Shown piece by piece: positions 1 to 9,580 of a DNA stretch of 64,000 nt. Position numbers and translations under genes: made by a program. The notes below the pieces were generated by a model. The model was not told the DNA's origin, did not search any database, and worked only from the letters and a program-made list of their open reading frames with translations. Location of the stretch: positions 1-64,000 of IMG/VR virus record IMGVR_UViG_3300025195_000023. One strand, 5' to 3'. The DNA is from a virus. Within the stretch, counting starts at the first letter, position 1, and the number at the start of each line of letters is the position of its first letter.

Positions 1-369
1 TTAGGACGGTTTGGACTTGATCTTTCCGACCACGCCCTCGAAAGCCCCACCCCCGAAGTAGAACCCCACGATAGTCAACATGATCCAGTCAATCTTGAAC
101 ATACCCAGGATATCCATAACATCGGCAATGGTTCCACCGGCAAAGTACATCACCAAAACTAGGATATAACTGAGAATGAACGTCAAACCAAACAGTACAG
201 CCAGGTAACGTTGTGCCACCTTGAACGGAGCATAACTGGTCAGCAGATCGGTCTTAGCCTTGGTTTGTGCTTCGATCATCTGTGCATCACTGGGGAACTT
301 CTTATCAATCAGATCCAGGCCCTTGGCGATTACATCGCCGGTCCCGAACAGGTTACTCAGTATTCCCAT
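1..369 (-). CDS. Putative holin (3TM/GTA-holin-like)
   Basis: 122 aa with an amphipathic N-terminus (GLDLIDK), two hydrophobic segments and a terminal VGFYFGG motif; lies downstream of the tail genes. Confidence 0.65.
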   Translation of the reverse strand: MGILSNLFGTGDVIAKGLDLIDKKFPSDAQMIEAQTKAKTDLLTSYAPFKVAQRYLAVLFGLTFILSYILVLVMYFAGGTIADVMDILGMFKIDWIMLTIVGFYFGGGAFEGVVGKIKSKPS

Positions 370-524
370 AAAATATCCTCTGGTTCCAGGTCACTGCCGT
401 ATACAGATCCTTAACTCAGTATAACTGTAACTGATTCAGTTATATTATTACCTGTTTTATTCCTTAAGCTAAAAACCCACCAGAAACCACTTGGAGAGAT
501 TCTTTAAAATTTCGTTCATGGTCA

Positions 525-968
525 TCACTTGAAATCGTCTATCCAAGAAATTATTAGAAAAGCTATAGGACCCGGGTAACCACACTCGATAGACACGGAC
601 GCTCCAGCTTCAACTTCATAAGTGCCTGTGGGTATATTTCTCGGATTGGATTGGTTAAACATCACTATACCCCCGGAGACGTAGAACCTAGATTTATAAC
701 TACGGCTGTTGGTAACGATCTGGTTTTGATGTCCAAGTGTTAAGTTATGCTTTTCCGAGGGTTGAGACCCACCCAGTTGAAATTCGGTATTAACTACTCG
801 GATGTATTCCTCCGCAGATTTGCCATATAAATCCGCCAAGGAAATAGAGCCACTAAGCACACCCGCAAGTTCACGAACAATAGAACTTCCGAGGCTAATA
901 GCCCCGGAAGTGCCCAGCTCAGTTCTAACATTACCCAGGCTAATAGGACCTGAACTCTGAAGCGTCAT
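525..968 (-). CDS. Small tail-fibre tip/adhesin-like protein
   Basis: N-terminus MTLQSSGPISLGNVRTELG..SISLADLYGKS resembles fibre-docking N-termini; start overlaps the stop of the S74 fibre gene. Confidence 0.6.
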   Translation of the reverse strand: MTLQSSGPISLGNVRTELGTSGAISLGSSIVRELAGVLSGSISLADLYGKSAEEYIRVVNTEFQLGGSQPSEKHNLTLGHQNQIVTNSRSYKSRFYVSGGIVMFNQSNPRNIPTGTYEVEAGASVSIECGYPGPIAFLIISWIDDFK

Positions 969-2575
969 TACCCAACCCTCCGCTTCAGTTCATCAATCTG
1001 TGTCTGCTGCTCTTTGATGGCTTCGATCAACAGGCCCACCAGGTTCCCGTAGGCCACATGCAGGTGCCCGTTCTCCGGATTCTCTGTGACCGCCTCGGGT
1101 GCCACCTTCTGAACGTCCTGAGCCACCACACCCATTTGTCGTGGGGTATCCAGGTCTGTCCGGTCGTAGGTGTAGCCTGTCAGTTGCTGAACCTTCTCCA
1201 AGGCATCCGGGATCTGTTCCAGGTTCGTCTTCACTCGACGATCTGAGTAGGCCGTGATGTTGCTTTGGGCCGTAACGGTACCGTAGAAGTAGTGGTTTCC
1301 TGTGGAACTCTGGTAATGACTGTAACTGGCATTACGGGAACCAATTGATGTGGTACGTCCTCCGAGGGTGGTAACCATTCCCGTTGAACTACTACCTGTC
1401 AGACCTACGGCTCCCGGTAACGTGATGGCCCCGGTTAAGGTACCTCCACTCAGCGGAAGATAGTTATGACTGTGCGATACGTTAGCCTTGGAGGCGGGGT
1501 TGAAATTGCCCGAATCCCATACAGTTCTCCACGGCTGCCATGTACCGTTATTCTTACCCCGTACAGCAATTTGACCACTACGGTAGTCACCGTAGATTTG
1601 GTGCTGCCAAGTGCTTGAATAAGCTTGATTGTGTAGTGCCCCATCGGGCTGACCAAAAAGGGATACGTCCGAATAGTAAACACCATTTACTGTTGTGCTG
1701 TTCGCTACTACCTTCCCGCCCGAATCGCTAGAAATAAAGCTGGAAGAGCTTCCTGGAGTCTTCACAAAACCAGAAGCATGTACCCCATCCAACTTGTCGG
1801 AGTCAGTTGCCTTCCCTTTGAAAGACGTCGCACTAACACTACCTCCGAAAGTGATACCGCCGTTTTCTGCCGTTACGTTGATATACTCCGTACCCGTATA
1901 CCAGGCATGGCGGAAGTTGGAGGTTGCGCCTGCATCAGTCTGACCGTACCAATGCAGGCGAGAGTAGTTGGTAGCTTCGTCTCGAGCATCACACCTCTGT
2001 GAGGCGGTGTCACTAGCACTGACTTCCCAGAACGTAGTTCCAGTGATGTTTACCGAGCCATTTATTTTCCCCCCACCATTAAGTGGCAGGTAGTTGTGAC
2101 TGTGAGAAGCAAGAGCAAAGGCTGAAGCATGTTTTCCATCTACCGTATCCGCATTGACCCCGGTAATACCAGAACCATTCCCGACAAACTTGGGTGCCAT
2201 CAATATCCCCGTGGAGCCTTCAAAGGTCGCATCAGTGTGACTGTAGATCGCTCCATTGACGTTAACGGTAATCGGGTACTTACCTGTGAAGGTCGTATTG
2301 ATATTGGCCAGCTTAGTGGCCGACACGGCATTTGCACCAATAGCCAAATACCGACTGTCAAAGGTGCCTGAAGACCAATTAGGTACGTTTCCCAGACCTA
2401 CATCAGCTTTGGTTGTTCCAGTAGCTCTTAGAGACGCTGTGCCCGTTAAACCAGAACCAGAACCAGTAAAGGTACCTGCGGCCACCTGACCGGTGATCTC
2501 GGCATTACCCTTGACCACCGCATCGTGCATAACCGTCAATTTCCCGAAGACTCGGGTGGATGATAAGTCCGCCAT
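968..2575 (-). CDS. Tail fibre with C-terminal peptidase S74 intramolecular chaperone
   Basis: SDRRVKTNLEQIPDALEKVQQLTGYTY..MGVVAQDVQKVAPEAV..VAYGNLVGLLIEAIKEQ at the C-terminus; repeated SHSHNYLPLxGG, DxLDGxHAS and WRTVWDSGNFNP fibre motifs. Confidence 0.9.
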   Translation of the reverse strand: MADLSSTRVFGKLTVMHDAVVKGNAEITGQVAAGTFTGSGSGLTGTASLRATGTTKADVGLGNVPNWSSGTFDSRYLAIGANAVSATKLANINTTFTGKYPITVNVNGAIYSHTDATFEGSTGILMAPKFVGNGSGITGVNADTVDGKHASAFALASHSHNYLPLNGGGKINGSVNITGTTFWEVSASDTASQRCDARDEATNYSRLHWYGQTDAGATSNFRHAWYTGTEYINVTAENGGITFGGSVSATSFKGKATDSDKLDGVHASGFVKTPGSSSSFISSDSGGKVVANSTTVNGVYYSDVSLFGQPDGALHNQAYSSTWQHQIYGDYRSGQIAVRGKNNGTWQPWRTVWDSGNFNPASKANVSHSHNYLPLSGGTLTGAITLPGAVGLTGSSSTGMVTTLGGRTTSIGSRNASYSHYQSSTGNHYFYGTVTAQSNITAYSDRRVKTNLEQIPDALEKVQQLTGYTYDRTDLDTPRQMGVVAQDVQKVAPEAVTENPENGHLHVAYGNLVGLLIEAIKEQQTQIDELKRRVG

Positions 2576-2958
2576 TAAGGTGCCTCCCCTTCAGTTGGGT
2601 CCTGGGCAACAGGTTCCTCGGTAGGTGCAGCCTCTGGGGGATTGTCCCGCAGGTTAGCGAAATGCAGGTAGGCACTCTTGACGATGTTGTAGGCCTCACC
2701 AAACGTGATGGAGCCACCGGTAGGCTCAACCGTCACCGGATCCAGGATAGGAATCTCGTGGTCCATCCACGACTCGGTTGCCGGGATCTCCAACGTACCG
2801 ATATCCCGGGAATACTGCTCACCTCCGGCAATGTTGACGATACGCTCCTCAACGAACTTCAGTACCGGTAACTCGTTCAATCCATTGTCAATGACAATTC
2901 GCTTGGTCCTGACCCAGGACTCACCGGTAACAGCGGTATACTTATAATCTACACTCAT
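2575..2958 (-). CDS. Hypothetical tail-associated protein
   Basis: 127 aa; start and stop overlap both neighbouring genes. Confidence 0.7.
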   Translation of the reverse strand: MSVDYKYTAVTGESWVRTKRIVIDNGLNELPVLKFVEERIVNIAGGEQYSRDIGTLEIPATESWMDHEIPILDPVTVEPTGGSITFGEAYNIVKSAYLHFANLRDNPPEAAPTEEPVAQDPTEGEAP

Positions 2959-5486
2959 GCGACGACCTCCTTCAGTTGCCCCTTAGTGTAAAGACAGTCA
3001 GAAGTGATCGCTGAGTTTGTTCCGCCCAGGGCCAGCTTGGCTTGTAGTGCTACCTCCTCGGGCGTGAGGGCGACGTTGTGGATGCGTACATCGCGGATGA
3101 TTCCGTTGAACCATCGAGATGCATCAAGTCTCCCAACGACTGGGGGATTATCAATTATATTAGGAACGACATCACTACCCTCAACAGTTCCAGACTGTTC
3201 TATACCATTTACATACAATTTAGAAGTTGTGCTAATAAGTCCTGGTGTTTTTGTGAATGTTACGAAATACCAAGTATTGACTGTTAGTGGATTAGTTGCC
3301 CTATATCGATTACTCCAGAAATCTAAAGCAATTCTACCGTCCTTCCATGTGGTAGAAATCCCCCGGTTAGTAGCACTAACGGAATTTATTCCCGCGCCTG
3401 ATGGCCAATTACTAGACCATGACGAGCCAGACCAGTAGGCCAGATAACTTATGCTGAACTCAGCATCTCCTGACAATCCCACGTTGTCTGTTGCTAACAG
3501 CCAGTCATCCACCCCATCAAACTCATACCCTTCAGCCGTCGCCACTGCACCGTTATTGGTTGCATGGTTCGTGCCTGCGTAATCCTTGGTGTCTCCGATC
3601 AATGGGTACCATGCGACGAGACCTCGGGTGACTCCGACCTCTGAAGATGTAGAAGGTAGTAGAGACTGCTTAACCTGAAGACTTGAAGAAGGGATAACAA
3701 CGTCCGTTTCCGCCGCTACTACTCCATCGTCGTAGGCGGTGGTGTTATCGAGTACTTCGGTCACTGCGTTTCCTTCCCCTACACCCACCATGCCTGCACA
3801 TATATAATTCTTCCTGGAGGTCCATTGCAGTTTATCGGAAGACCCTCCACAGTGAAGTATTCTCTGTACCATTGCTGCATTGTAGTATTCAGGAGCATGA
3901 GAACCTGCAATAATCACAAAGTGATGCGGCTCCAAATTGTCTATCGTGTTACAAAAAGCCTGCTGTTGAGCAGTTCTATCGCCGTAGACATCATAACGGG
4001 CGGCAATTCCAGAGATTGAAGTGGCACCATAGTAATCAATACCTGTTGCCCAATCTCCTGTAGTTGTGTCCCAGACAGCGATGTGCCAGTCCCTACTAAA
4101 GTTAACAATTTTGGACCCATCCTTGAACACGCCTGCTGAGGGGGTTTTGCTATCGTATGGGTATCTTTTTGCTCTTACGGTATAAACCTCTCCCGCTACT
4201 TCTGAATTACCCTGTAAGCCGGACACCTTTTCTATTAACTGGCTAACGTGAACCGATCCCTCACTATCAATCGAGACTCGCTGCTGATAAAGTTCCTTAA
4301 TCTGGGCAGCGGTGAGGGCGGTGGAGTAAATACGGACGTCTGACACCTGTGCCAGCATATTAGTGCCAAATTGAATCCCCGCACTATTCAACCCTGTGTA
4401 CGGCGCTGAAAGAGGGAAATGAGTAACTTTCTCCCCATCCATGTACAGGGAGATCGTATCGTCTTCGCCAAACACTACCGCGTAATCTATCCAGCCACCA
4501 AGGTCGTACCTCTGCGATGCAGCAGCTATTGACCCACTGTCTGTCCACCCCGAGCTGGACGGCCCCTTAAGATAATATGAAAATGTACCCGTCTGAAGCC
4601 CGAAACCACCGCTATTGTTTCCGTAGTATGTACCCCACTGAATAACGTGGTTGGTAAACCCACCGCCACCTGCGTCAGACCTCAGAAGGTCACACTTCTC
4701 ACGAAACACTATAGTTTCGCCCCTGAGATTTAACGGCGCATGTTCAAGGGCGATGTTAGCACTTGTACCAACAACGTCCGCTACAATTCCTATTTCAGAA
4801 TCTACAAAGGCGCCGGAGCCAATACTGATTAAACCTGTTCCAGCCGAATCAGTAGTGTCACCGTAAAGCCGGTAACGGGACATCAGCCCCAAACTCAAAT
4901 CCCGCACTTCACGCGGCGACAGGGCTTGGTCGTAGATGCGGACGTCGTCGATCATCCCGTTCAGGTAATAGCTGTCGTAGGAAGACGCCCACCTACCAAT
5001 AGCAAAAGGTCTACTTGTGTCGAACTTTATGTCCCTGTCTCTTGAGTCAATGTGAACCCCGTTTTGATAGACAGAAACAGTCTTTCCTTTGTATGTGAGG
5101 GTGTAATGCTGCCACTTATTTGTTGGGGAGGGGACAGTCAATGAGTATGCGGGACGATTTACTCCGTCGCCCGTGGCAATCATAATAGCGGATGTTACAT
5201 TAGCCATGCAGATGTTACATCCCGTGGGACCGCCAGCGTGGTAATGATTTCCAACAAGGCCACCAGTATACGTATCACTGTCGCTAGTTTTAATTGCCCA
5301 AAACGAGTAACTGAACTCACTGGTTATATTCCAACCATCGCCAGTTATCCACCAGTTAGTTGACCGCATATCGGCGGCTTGACCTAACTTACCGTCTGCC
5401 CACGCCGCAGACGTCACACTGCCATGCTTGTCACCCACTGCATCTGTTGCGTCCCCATCCAGCCGATAATGTGCAATCAGTCCCAT
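2955..5486 (-). CDS. Multi-LamG (ConA-like lectin) receptor-binding protein with a probable ILEI/PANDER-like domain
   Basis: Start moved to MGLIAHYRLDGDA (ATG at 5486, directly after the upstream stop). Three GLxAxYxL..DVRIY/H..AL LamG units; central domain resembles the ILEI lectin fold. Confidence 0.8.
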   Translation of the reverse strand: MGLIAHYRLDGDATDAVGDKHGSVTSAAWADGKLGQAADMRSTNWWITGDGWNITSEFSYSFWAIKTSDSDTYTGGLVGNHYHAGGPTGCNICMANVTSAIMIATGDGVNRPAYSLTVPSPTNKWQHYTLTYKGKTVSVYQNGVHIDSRDRDIKFDTSRPFAIGRWASSYDSYYLNGMIDDVRIYDQALSPREVRDLSLGLMSRYRLYGDTTDSAGTGLISIGSGAFVDSEIGIVADVVGTSANIALEHAPLNLRGETIVFREKCDLLRSDAGGGGFTNHVIQWGTYYGNNSGGFGLQTGTFSYYLKGPSSSGWTDSGSIAAASQRYDLGGWIDYAVVFGEDDTISLYMDGEKVTHFPLSAPYTGLNSAGIQFGTNMLAQVSDVRIYSTALTAAQIKELYQQRVSIDSEGSVHVSQLIEKVSGLQGNSEVAGEVYTVRAKRYPYDSKTPSAGVFKDGSKIVNFSRDWHIAVWDTTTGDWATGIDYYGATSISGIAARYDVYGDRTAQQQAFCNTIDNLEPHHFVIIAGSHAPEYYNAAMVQRILHCGGSSDKLQWTSRKNYICAGMVGVGEGNAVTEVLDNTTAYDDGVVAAETDVVIPSSSLQVKQSLLPSTSSEVGVTRGLVAWYPLIGDTKDYAGTNHATNNGAVATAEGYEFDGVDDWLLATDNVGLSGDAEFSISYLAYWSGSSWSSNWPSGAGINSVSATNRGISTTWKDGRIALDFWSNRYRATNPLTVNTWYFVTFTKTPGLISTTSKLYVNGIEQSGTVEGSDVVPNIIDNPPVVGRLDASRWFNGIIRDVRIHNVALTPEEVALQAKLALGGTNSAITSDCLYTKGQLKEVVA

Positions 5487-5487
5487 A

Positions 5488-8382
5488 TCAACCTCCGATC
5501 CAGTTGAAGTCCAGGGACTTGGTGGCTGCGTTGTACTGCATAGCGAAGTCACCCATCTTCACTTGGCCTTCGCCACGTACTTGCACATTACCATCGGTGT
5601 CGATGCTCTCCTGTGGTGACTGAACATTCCCTGCTGCCAGGGTATCAGTACGGGTACCGCCCGACACCTGCAGGGAGTTCGTGCCATCATCGACTGTTCC
5701 CCCGGTACGTACCTTGGCGTGCTGAACGCTGGAGTTAGTATTCAATGCCTGGTTCGCAAAGTTGGTGTCACCATGACGGATCGTTGGTAACTGGGCATAG
5801 GGCAAAGTACCACTGATCTGAGCCATGGTATGGGTGTGAGAGGCTGCCGCCTTACCGTTCAGGGCAGTTTGCAAACCAGTCACTGTCGAGATGGCCTGTT
5901 CTCCGGTGTGCGTACTACGGCTTCGTAGCTGGGCATCCGTTGCGTTCTTGGTTGCCCCGGTGGCAATCCCATCGAGCTTGGTTTTCGCAGCACTCTTGTT
6001 CCACCAGGAAGCGATAGCATTGAATACCCGCAAGGCAGTCCATGCACGACGAGTTGTCGCAGACCCGGCCTCAGCTTCTGCCTGTGTGACCGTACTGGCT
6101 GTCCACTCCCGGGCATTGGTCAGACGACTGTCGGTCGTATCCACTTTACCGGCCAATAGGTTGGTTGCTGTGGTCTCCAACAGGTACTGTCCATGGGGAT
6201 CTGCTGCAGCCACATGAGCATCCAGGGCCGTAGCAATCGTAGTAGCAATGGCCGCTTCACTGGCACTGGCAGAATCTGCAGACGCCTGGGCTGCGGTCGC
6301 ACTGTTTGCAGCGGCAGTCGCGGAGCTACTGGCCTGGGATGCCTTGGTGGTCGCAGTATTCGCTGCTGTGGTAGCCGTAGAGGCCGAACCAGAAGCAGAA
6401 GAGGCTGACGCTGCGGCATTATCTTCTGAGGTTTCTGCATTGCTGGCTGCTGTCTGGGCAGCTAATTTCGCAGCTTCGGCGGCGGTTGATTCGGTCGTTG
6501 CCGTACTGGCGTAACCCGCTGCTGCTTGTTCAGAACTGGCCGCTGCTGCGGCACTGGCCTGGGCCTCATTGGCTGCTGTAGTAGCCACATTCTCTGGTGC
6601 CACCCACTGGGTACCGGAGTAGAACTTCAGGACATTGTCAGTGGTGTTGAAGTACACATCACCTTTCTCCAGGGCCGAACCATCCAGATCCGTAGTGGGA
6701 TCAGAGACTGCATCACCCAGGTACCGGTCACCAAATTGATCCAGCAATGCTTGAGTGGCATCTCGAGCTGCTTCAGCCCCACTCCGTGCGGTCTGTGCGA
6801 CAGTGGCCGATGTGCTGGCACTGGTTGCTGAACCAGCGGCACTGGACGCTGAGGCTGCTGCATTATCTTCTGAAGCGGCCGCAGCCAACTCACTGGCCAG
6901 GGCCTTACTCTCGGACGTAGCGGCAGCCAATTCACTGGCGGCACTGGCAGTCTCAGACGCTTTAGCGTTGGTTTCGCTGACACCCGCTGCAGTGGCATGG
7001 TTTCCTGCTGTTGTTGTAGACGCTGCTGCGGCGGTTTCCGAACTGGCAGCGGCTGCTTCAGAGGCTTCTGCTTTTGTAGCTGAAGTACTCGCTTCTGACG
7101 CCTTGGTGGCCGCATTGCTTGCAGACATAGCCGCAGCGGATTTACTGCTTGCCGCGTTGGTCTCAGACGTTGCAGCTGCTTGCGCTGACAAACCTGCCGC
7201 AGCTTCACTGGCTGCAGCTGCTGTTTCACTTGCAGACGCCGAGGCAGCACTGGTGGCTGCAGCGGCCTCGCTACTGGCTGACGCCAGCTCTGAGACCTTG
7301 GCCGCTTCCATACTGATACGACTACTCTCCTCATAATCCCCGGCGTTCAGTTCGCTGGCTTCAGCGGCCAACTCAGAAACACGGGCAGCTTGTGCAGAGT
7401 CCGCCGCAGCCACTTCACTGGATTTGGCCGCATTCTGGGATACCAGTGCAGCATCTTCTGAGGCCTGGGCATTGGTTTCGGCAGTCACAGCCCGGGCTTT
7501 GGATGCTGCAGCATCTACCGCACTTTGTAGGGCAGCCGCTTCATGGCTGTCTGCCAGGGTAGCGTGGTGAAAGGCTGAGTACTTACCCGGAGTGACTTCA
7601 TCGTTAACCGGATTGGTGGCCCACTGCTGAGCCAGGGACTCACTGGCACTTGCAGCACTCTCACTGGATTGGGCCGCTGTCTCCGACGCCTTGGCGTTGG
7701 TCTCGCTAACCTTCGCTGCCTGTTCGGAAGCCAAGGCCTTGTCTTCACTGACCTGTGCAGCCTGCTCGGATGCCAACGCTTCCGCCGCACTGGTAATGGC
7801 CTGGTTCTCCGAGGCTTTTGCTGCCAACTCACTGGCCTTAGCTGCAGCTTCAGATTGATCTGCATTGGCTTCCGATACCAAGGCCGCTGCTGCACTGTCG
7901 CTGGCTCCCTGCTCACTGTCTGCAGCTTTCAGGGCATGGTGCTTGGCCGAATACGCACCGGCCTCCACTTCCAGGTCTTCATCCTTTTCTGCCCATTCAT
8001 GTGCCTTGTTTCGGTGAGCCAGGGCAAAGGACTCAGATTCATCGGCACTGACTTCGGAGGCTTTGGCGTTTTGTTCCGAAACCAGTGAAGCCTGCTCAGA
8101 AGCAAGAGCTTTTTGTTCGGACACCAGGGCCGCTTCTTCCGAGGCCAGGGCTGCCGCAGCCCGGTCAATCGCATGGTCCAGATTGGTCGAGACCTCTGCA
8201 CGGTCGGCCTCAACTTCATCCCGGATACCGTTGATGTAGTTCTCGAACTCCGGAGCCACCGTGGTCAGACTGGCGGTCAGTGTCATGGTGCCCTGAACAC
8301 CGGCCTTCACGTCACTGGCAGGTACCTGGAATTCGGCGTTGATGATGTGCTGATCGTTAAACGTTGCCTGGGTTTCAGCCAT
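5488..8382 (-). CDS. Long Ala/Ser-rich coiled-coil tail fibre
   Basis: AxxSExxA heptad-like repeats, YSAKHHA/YSAFHHA motifs, GDVYFNTTDNVLKFYSGTQW knob, HVAAADPHGQYL and AKTKLDGIATGATKN fibre motifs. Confidence 0.85.
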   Translation of the reverse strand: MAETQATFNDQHIINAEFQVPASDVKAGVQGTMTLTASLTTVAPEFENYINGIRDEVEADRAEVSTNLDHAIDRAAAALASEEAALVSEQKALASEQASLVSEQNAKASEVSADESESFALAHRNKAHEWAEKDEDLEVEAGAYSAKHHALKAADSEQGASDSAAAALVSEANADQSEAAAKASELAAKASENQAITSAAEALASEQAAQVSEDKALASEQAAKVSETNAKASETAAQSSESAASASESLAQQWATNPVNDEVTPGKYSAFHHATLADSHEAAALQSAVDAAASKARAVTAETNAQASEDAALVSQNAAKSSEVAAADSAQAARVSELAAEASELNAGDYEESSRISMEAAKVSELASASSEAAAATSAASASASETAAAASEAAAGLSAQAAATSETNAASSKSAAAMSASNAATKASEASTSATKAEASEAAAASSETAAAASTTTAGNHATAAGVSETNAKASETASAASELAAATSESKALASELAAAASEDNAAASASSAAGSATSASTSATVAQTARSGAEAARDATQALLDQFGDRYLGDAVSDPTTDLDGSALEKGDVYFNTTDNVLKFYSGTQWVAPENVATTAANEAQASAAAAASSEQAAAGYASTATTESTAAEAAKLAAQTAASNAETSEDNAAASASSASGSASTATTAANTATTKASQASSSATAAANSATAAQASADSASASEAAIATTIATALDAHVAAADPHGQYLLETTATNLLAGKVDTTDSRLTNAREWTASTVTQAEAEAGSATTRRAWTALRVFNAIASWWNKSAAKTKLDGIATGATKNATDAQLRSRSTHTGEQAISTVTGLQTALNGKAAASHTHTMAQISGTLPYAQLPTIRHGDTNFANQALNTNSSVQHAKVRTGGTVDDGTNSLQVSGGTRTDTLAAGNVQSPQESIDTDGNVQVRGEGQVKMGDFAMQYNAATKSLDFNWIGG

Positions 8383-8735
8383 TAAGCAGTCCTCCGGGTT
8401 ACGTCGGGCTTCACGGTCACACGACCCATGACAACGGTAGACACCTTGTCGTTGTACAGTCGCTGAAGGTCGAAGAAGTGGGGTGCAGGGATCAGATGCA
8501 TTGTCTGCTCCCGGGGCAGATGCACATAGACAACACCCTGCTGGGCAGACGGTCCCTCAACCGGGGGTATGTCCACCTGGACTGTTGCCTGGTCATCCGG
8601 CATTTCTGTGGAGATTTTGAGCGTGGCTTGGAAAGCCCAGCCCGTAATGTCGATGGGAGTTTTATTCTCGTCAGTGATCACCACCCGTAGGGAGTAATCA
8701 TCACCGCGATACAGTTCAAAAATGGGATCGTCCAT
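8382..8735 (-). CDS. BppU-like baseplate/fibre attachment protein
   Basis: LYRGDDYSLRVVITDENKTPIDITGW..FFDLQ..TVVMGRVTVKPDVT pattern. Confidence 0.65.
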   Translation of the reverse strand: MDDPIFELYRGDDYSLRVVITDENKTPIDITGWAFQATLKISTEMPDDQATVQVDIPPVEGPSAQQGVVYVHLPREQTMHLIPAPHFFDLQRLYNDKVSTVVMGRVTVKPDVTRRTA

Positions 8736-8799
8736 ACCAGCACCTCAGACACAATTCAAGATACTGGTATGGTATGGAAGGGTGGTTCAGACTGCAGGG

Positions 8800-9189
8800 T
8801 TATTTAAGCCAGAAGTTCAATACCTGCAGCTCTTTAACCAATGGCTTTACCTCCAGCGCTTCAAACTCAGCAGCCTTCACATGAAGAACACCCGCACGCT
8901 TGGCACGATTTATTCGGATCTCCTGGTAGAGGTCCGCCAGTTGCTGTTTGCTCAAAGCTACCCAAGTATTATCTGCACGTTTCCAGCTGAGCGTACCATC
9001 GGGGTTCAACGTATCGAGATAGTCAAACATACCCAGTTGCTCATACAGACGCTTATCGGACCTGTCATCACAATCAAAGGTGCCTTGGCTAGTTTCAACC
9101 GGTGCAACTTCGTGAGTGTCACGCCAATCTCGCACCTGCGCCCAGGTTGCTGGTCGGTTATCCGGATTAAGTTGTAGAGACCGCTTCAA
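8800..9189 (-). CDS. Tail fibre assembly-like protein (DUF4376-like)
   Basis: TTG start after GGAGGT; FDCDDRS..WKRADNTWVALS pattern. Confidence 0.6.
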   Translation of the reverse strand: MKRSLQLNPDNRPATWAQVRDWRDTHEVAPVETSQGTFDCDDRSDKRLYEQLGMFDYLDTLNPDGTLSWKRADNTWVALSKQQLADLYQEIRINRAKRAGVLHVKAAEFEALEVKPLVKELQVLNFWLK

Positions 9190-9580
9190 TGGTCACCTCC
9201 TGCCTGAGATAGGGAACGGCGTCAAAGGTCAGAGTGTAGTTGCCGGGAAGATCGGTAGACAACTGAACCTCTCCGTCATTGACTACATCCTCCTGGCCGT
9301 CGGGCCAGATAACCGTGGTGCCAACTGGTACGTTGCTGATGGTTAAAACATCCAGCCCATCAGCAATGATTTGTAGTTTATCTTTCTGAAAAGCAAATGA
9401 TTGTTTTGCAAGAACTTGGCCATTAGCTACATACAGGTCATCACCAAGATCGTCACCGTAAGTCAATAGCGCTGCTGTTGGCGAGAAATCTGCAGGATCG
9501 ACAGATCGTAATTCGCCGCTGCCTTTCACGATCACATATCCTGTCGATGGCTCATATACTACATAATTGTAGAGAATCAT
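9167..9580 (-). CDS. Hypothetical tail protein
   Basis: 137 aa, overlapping both neighbours within the tail operon. Confidence 0.65.
   Translation of the reverse strand: MILYNYVVYEPSTGYVIVKGSGELRSVDPADFSPTAALLTYGDDLGDDLYVANGQVLAKQSFAFQKDKLQIIADGLDVLTISNVPVGTTVIWPDGQEDVVNDGEVQLSTDLPGNYTLTFDAVPYLRQEVTIEAVSTT

Noticed and set aside
6200-8200. Low-complexity GCA/GCT-rich repeats considered as a DGR or VNTR
   Set aside because: Explained by Ala/Ser coiled-coil coding; no reverse transcriptase or TR/VR pair seen.
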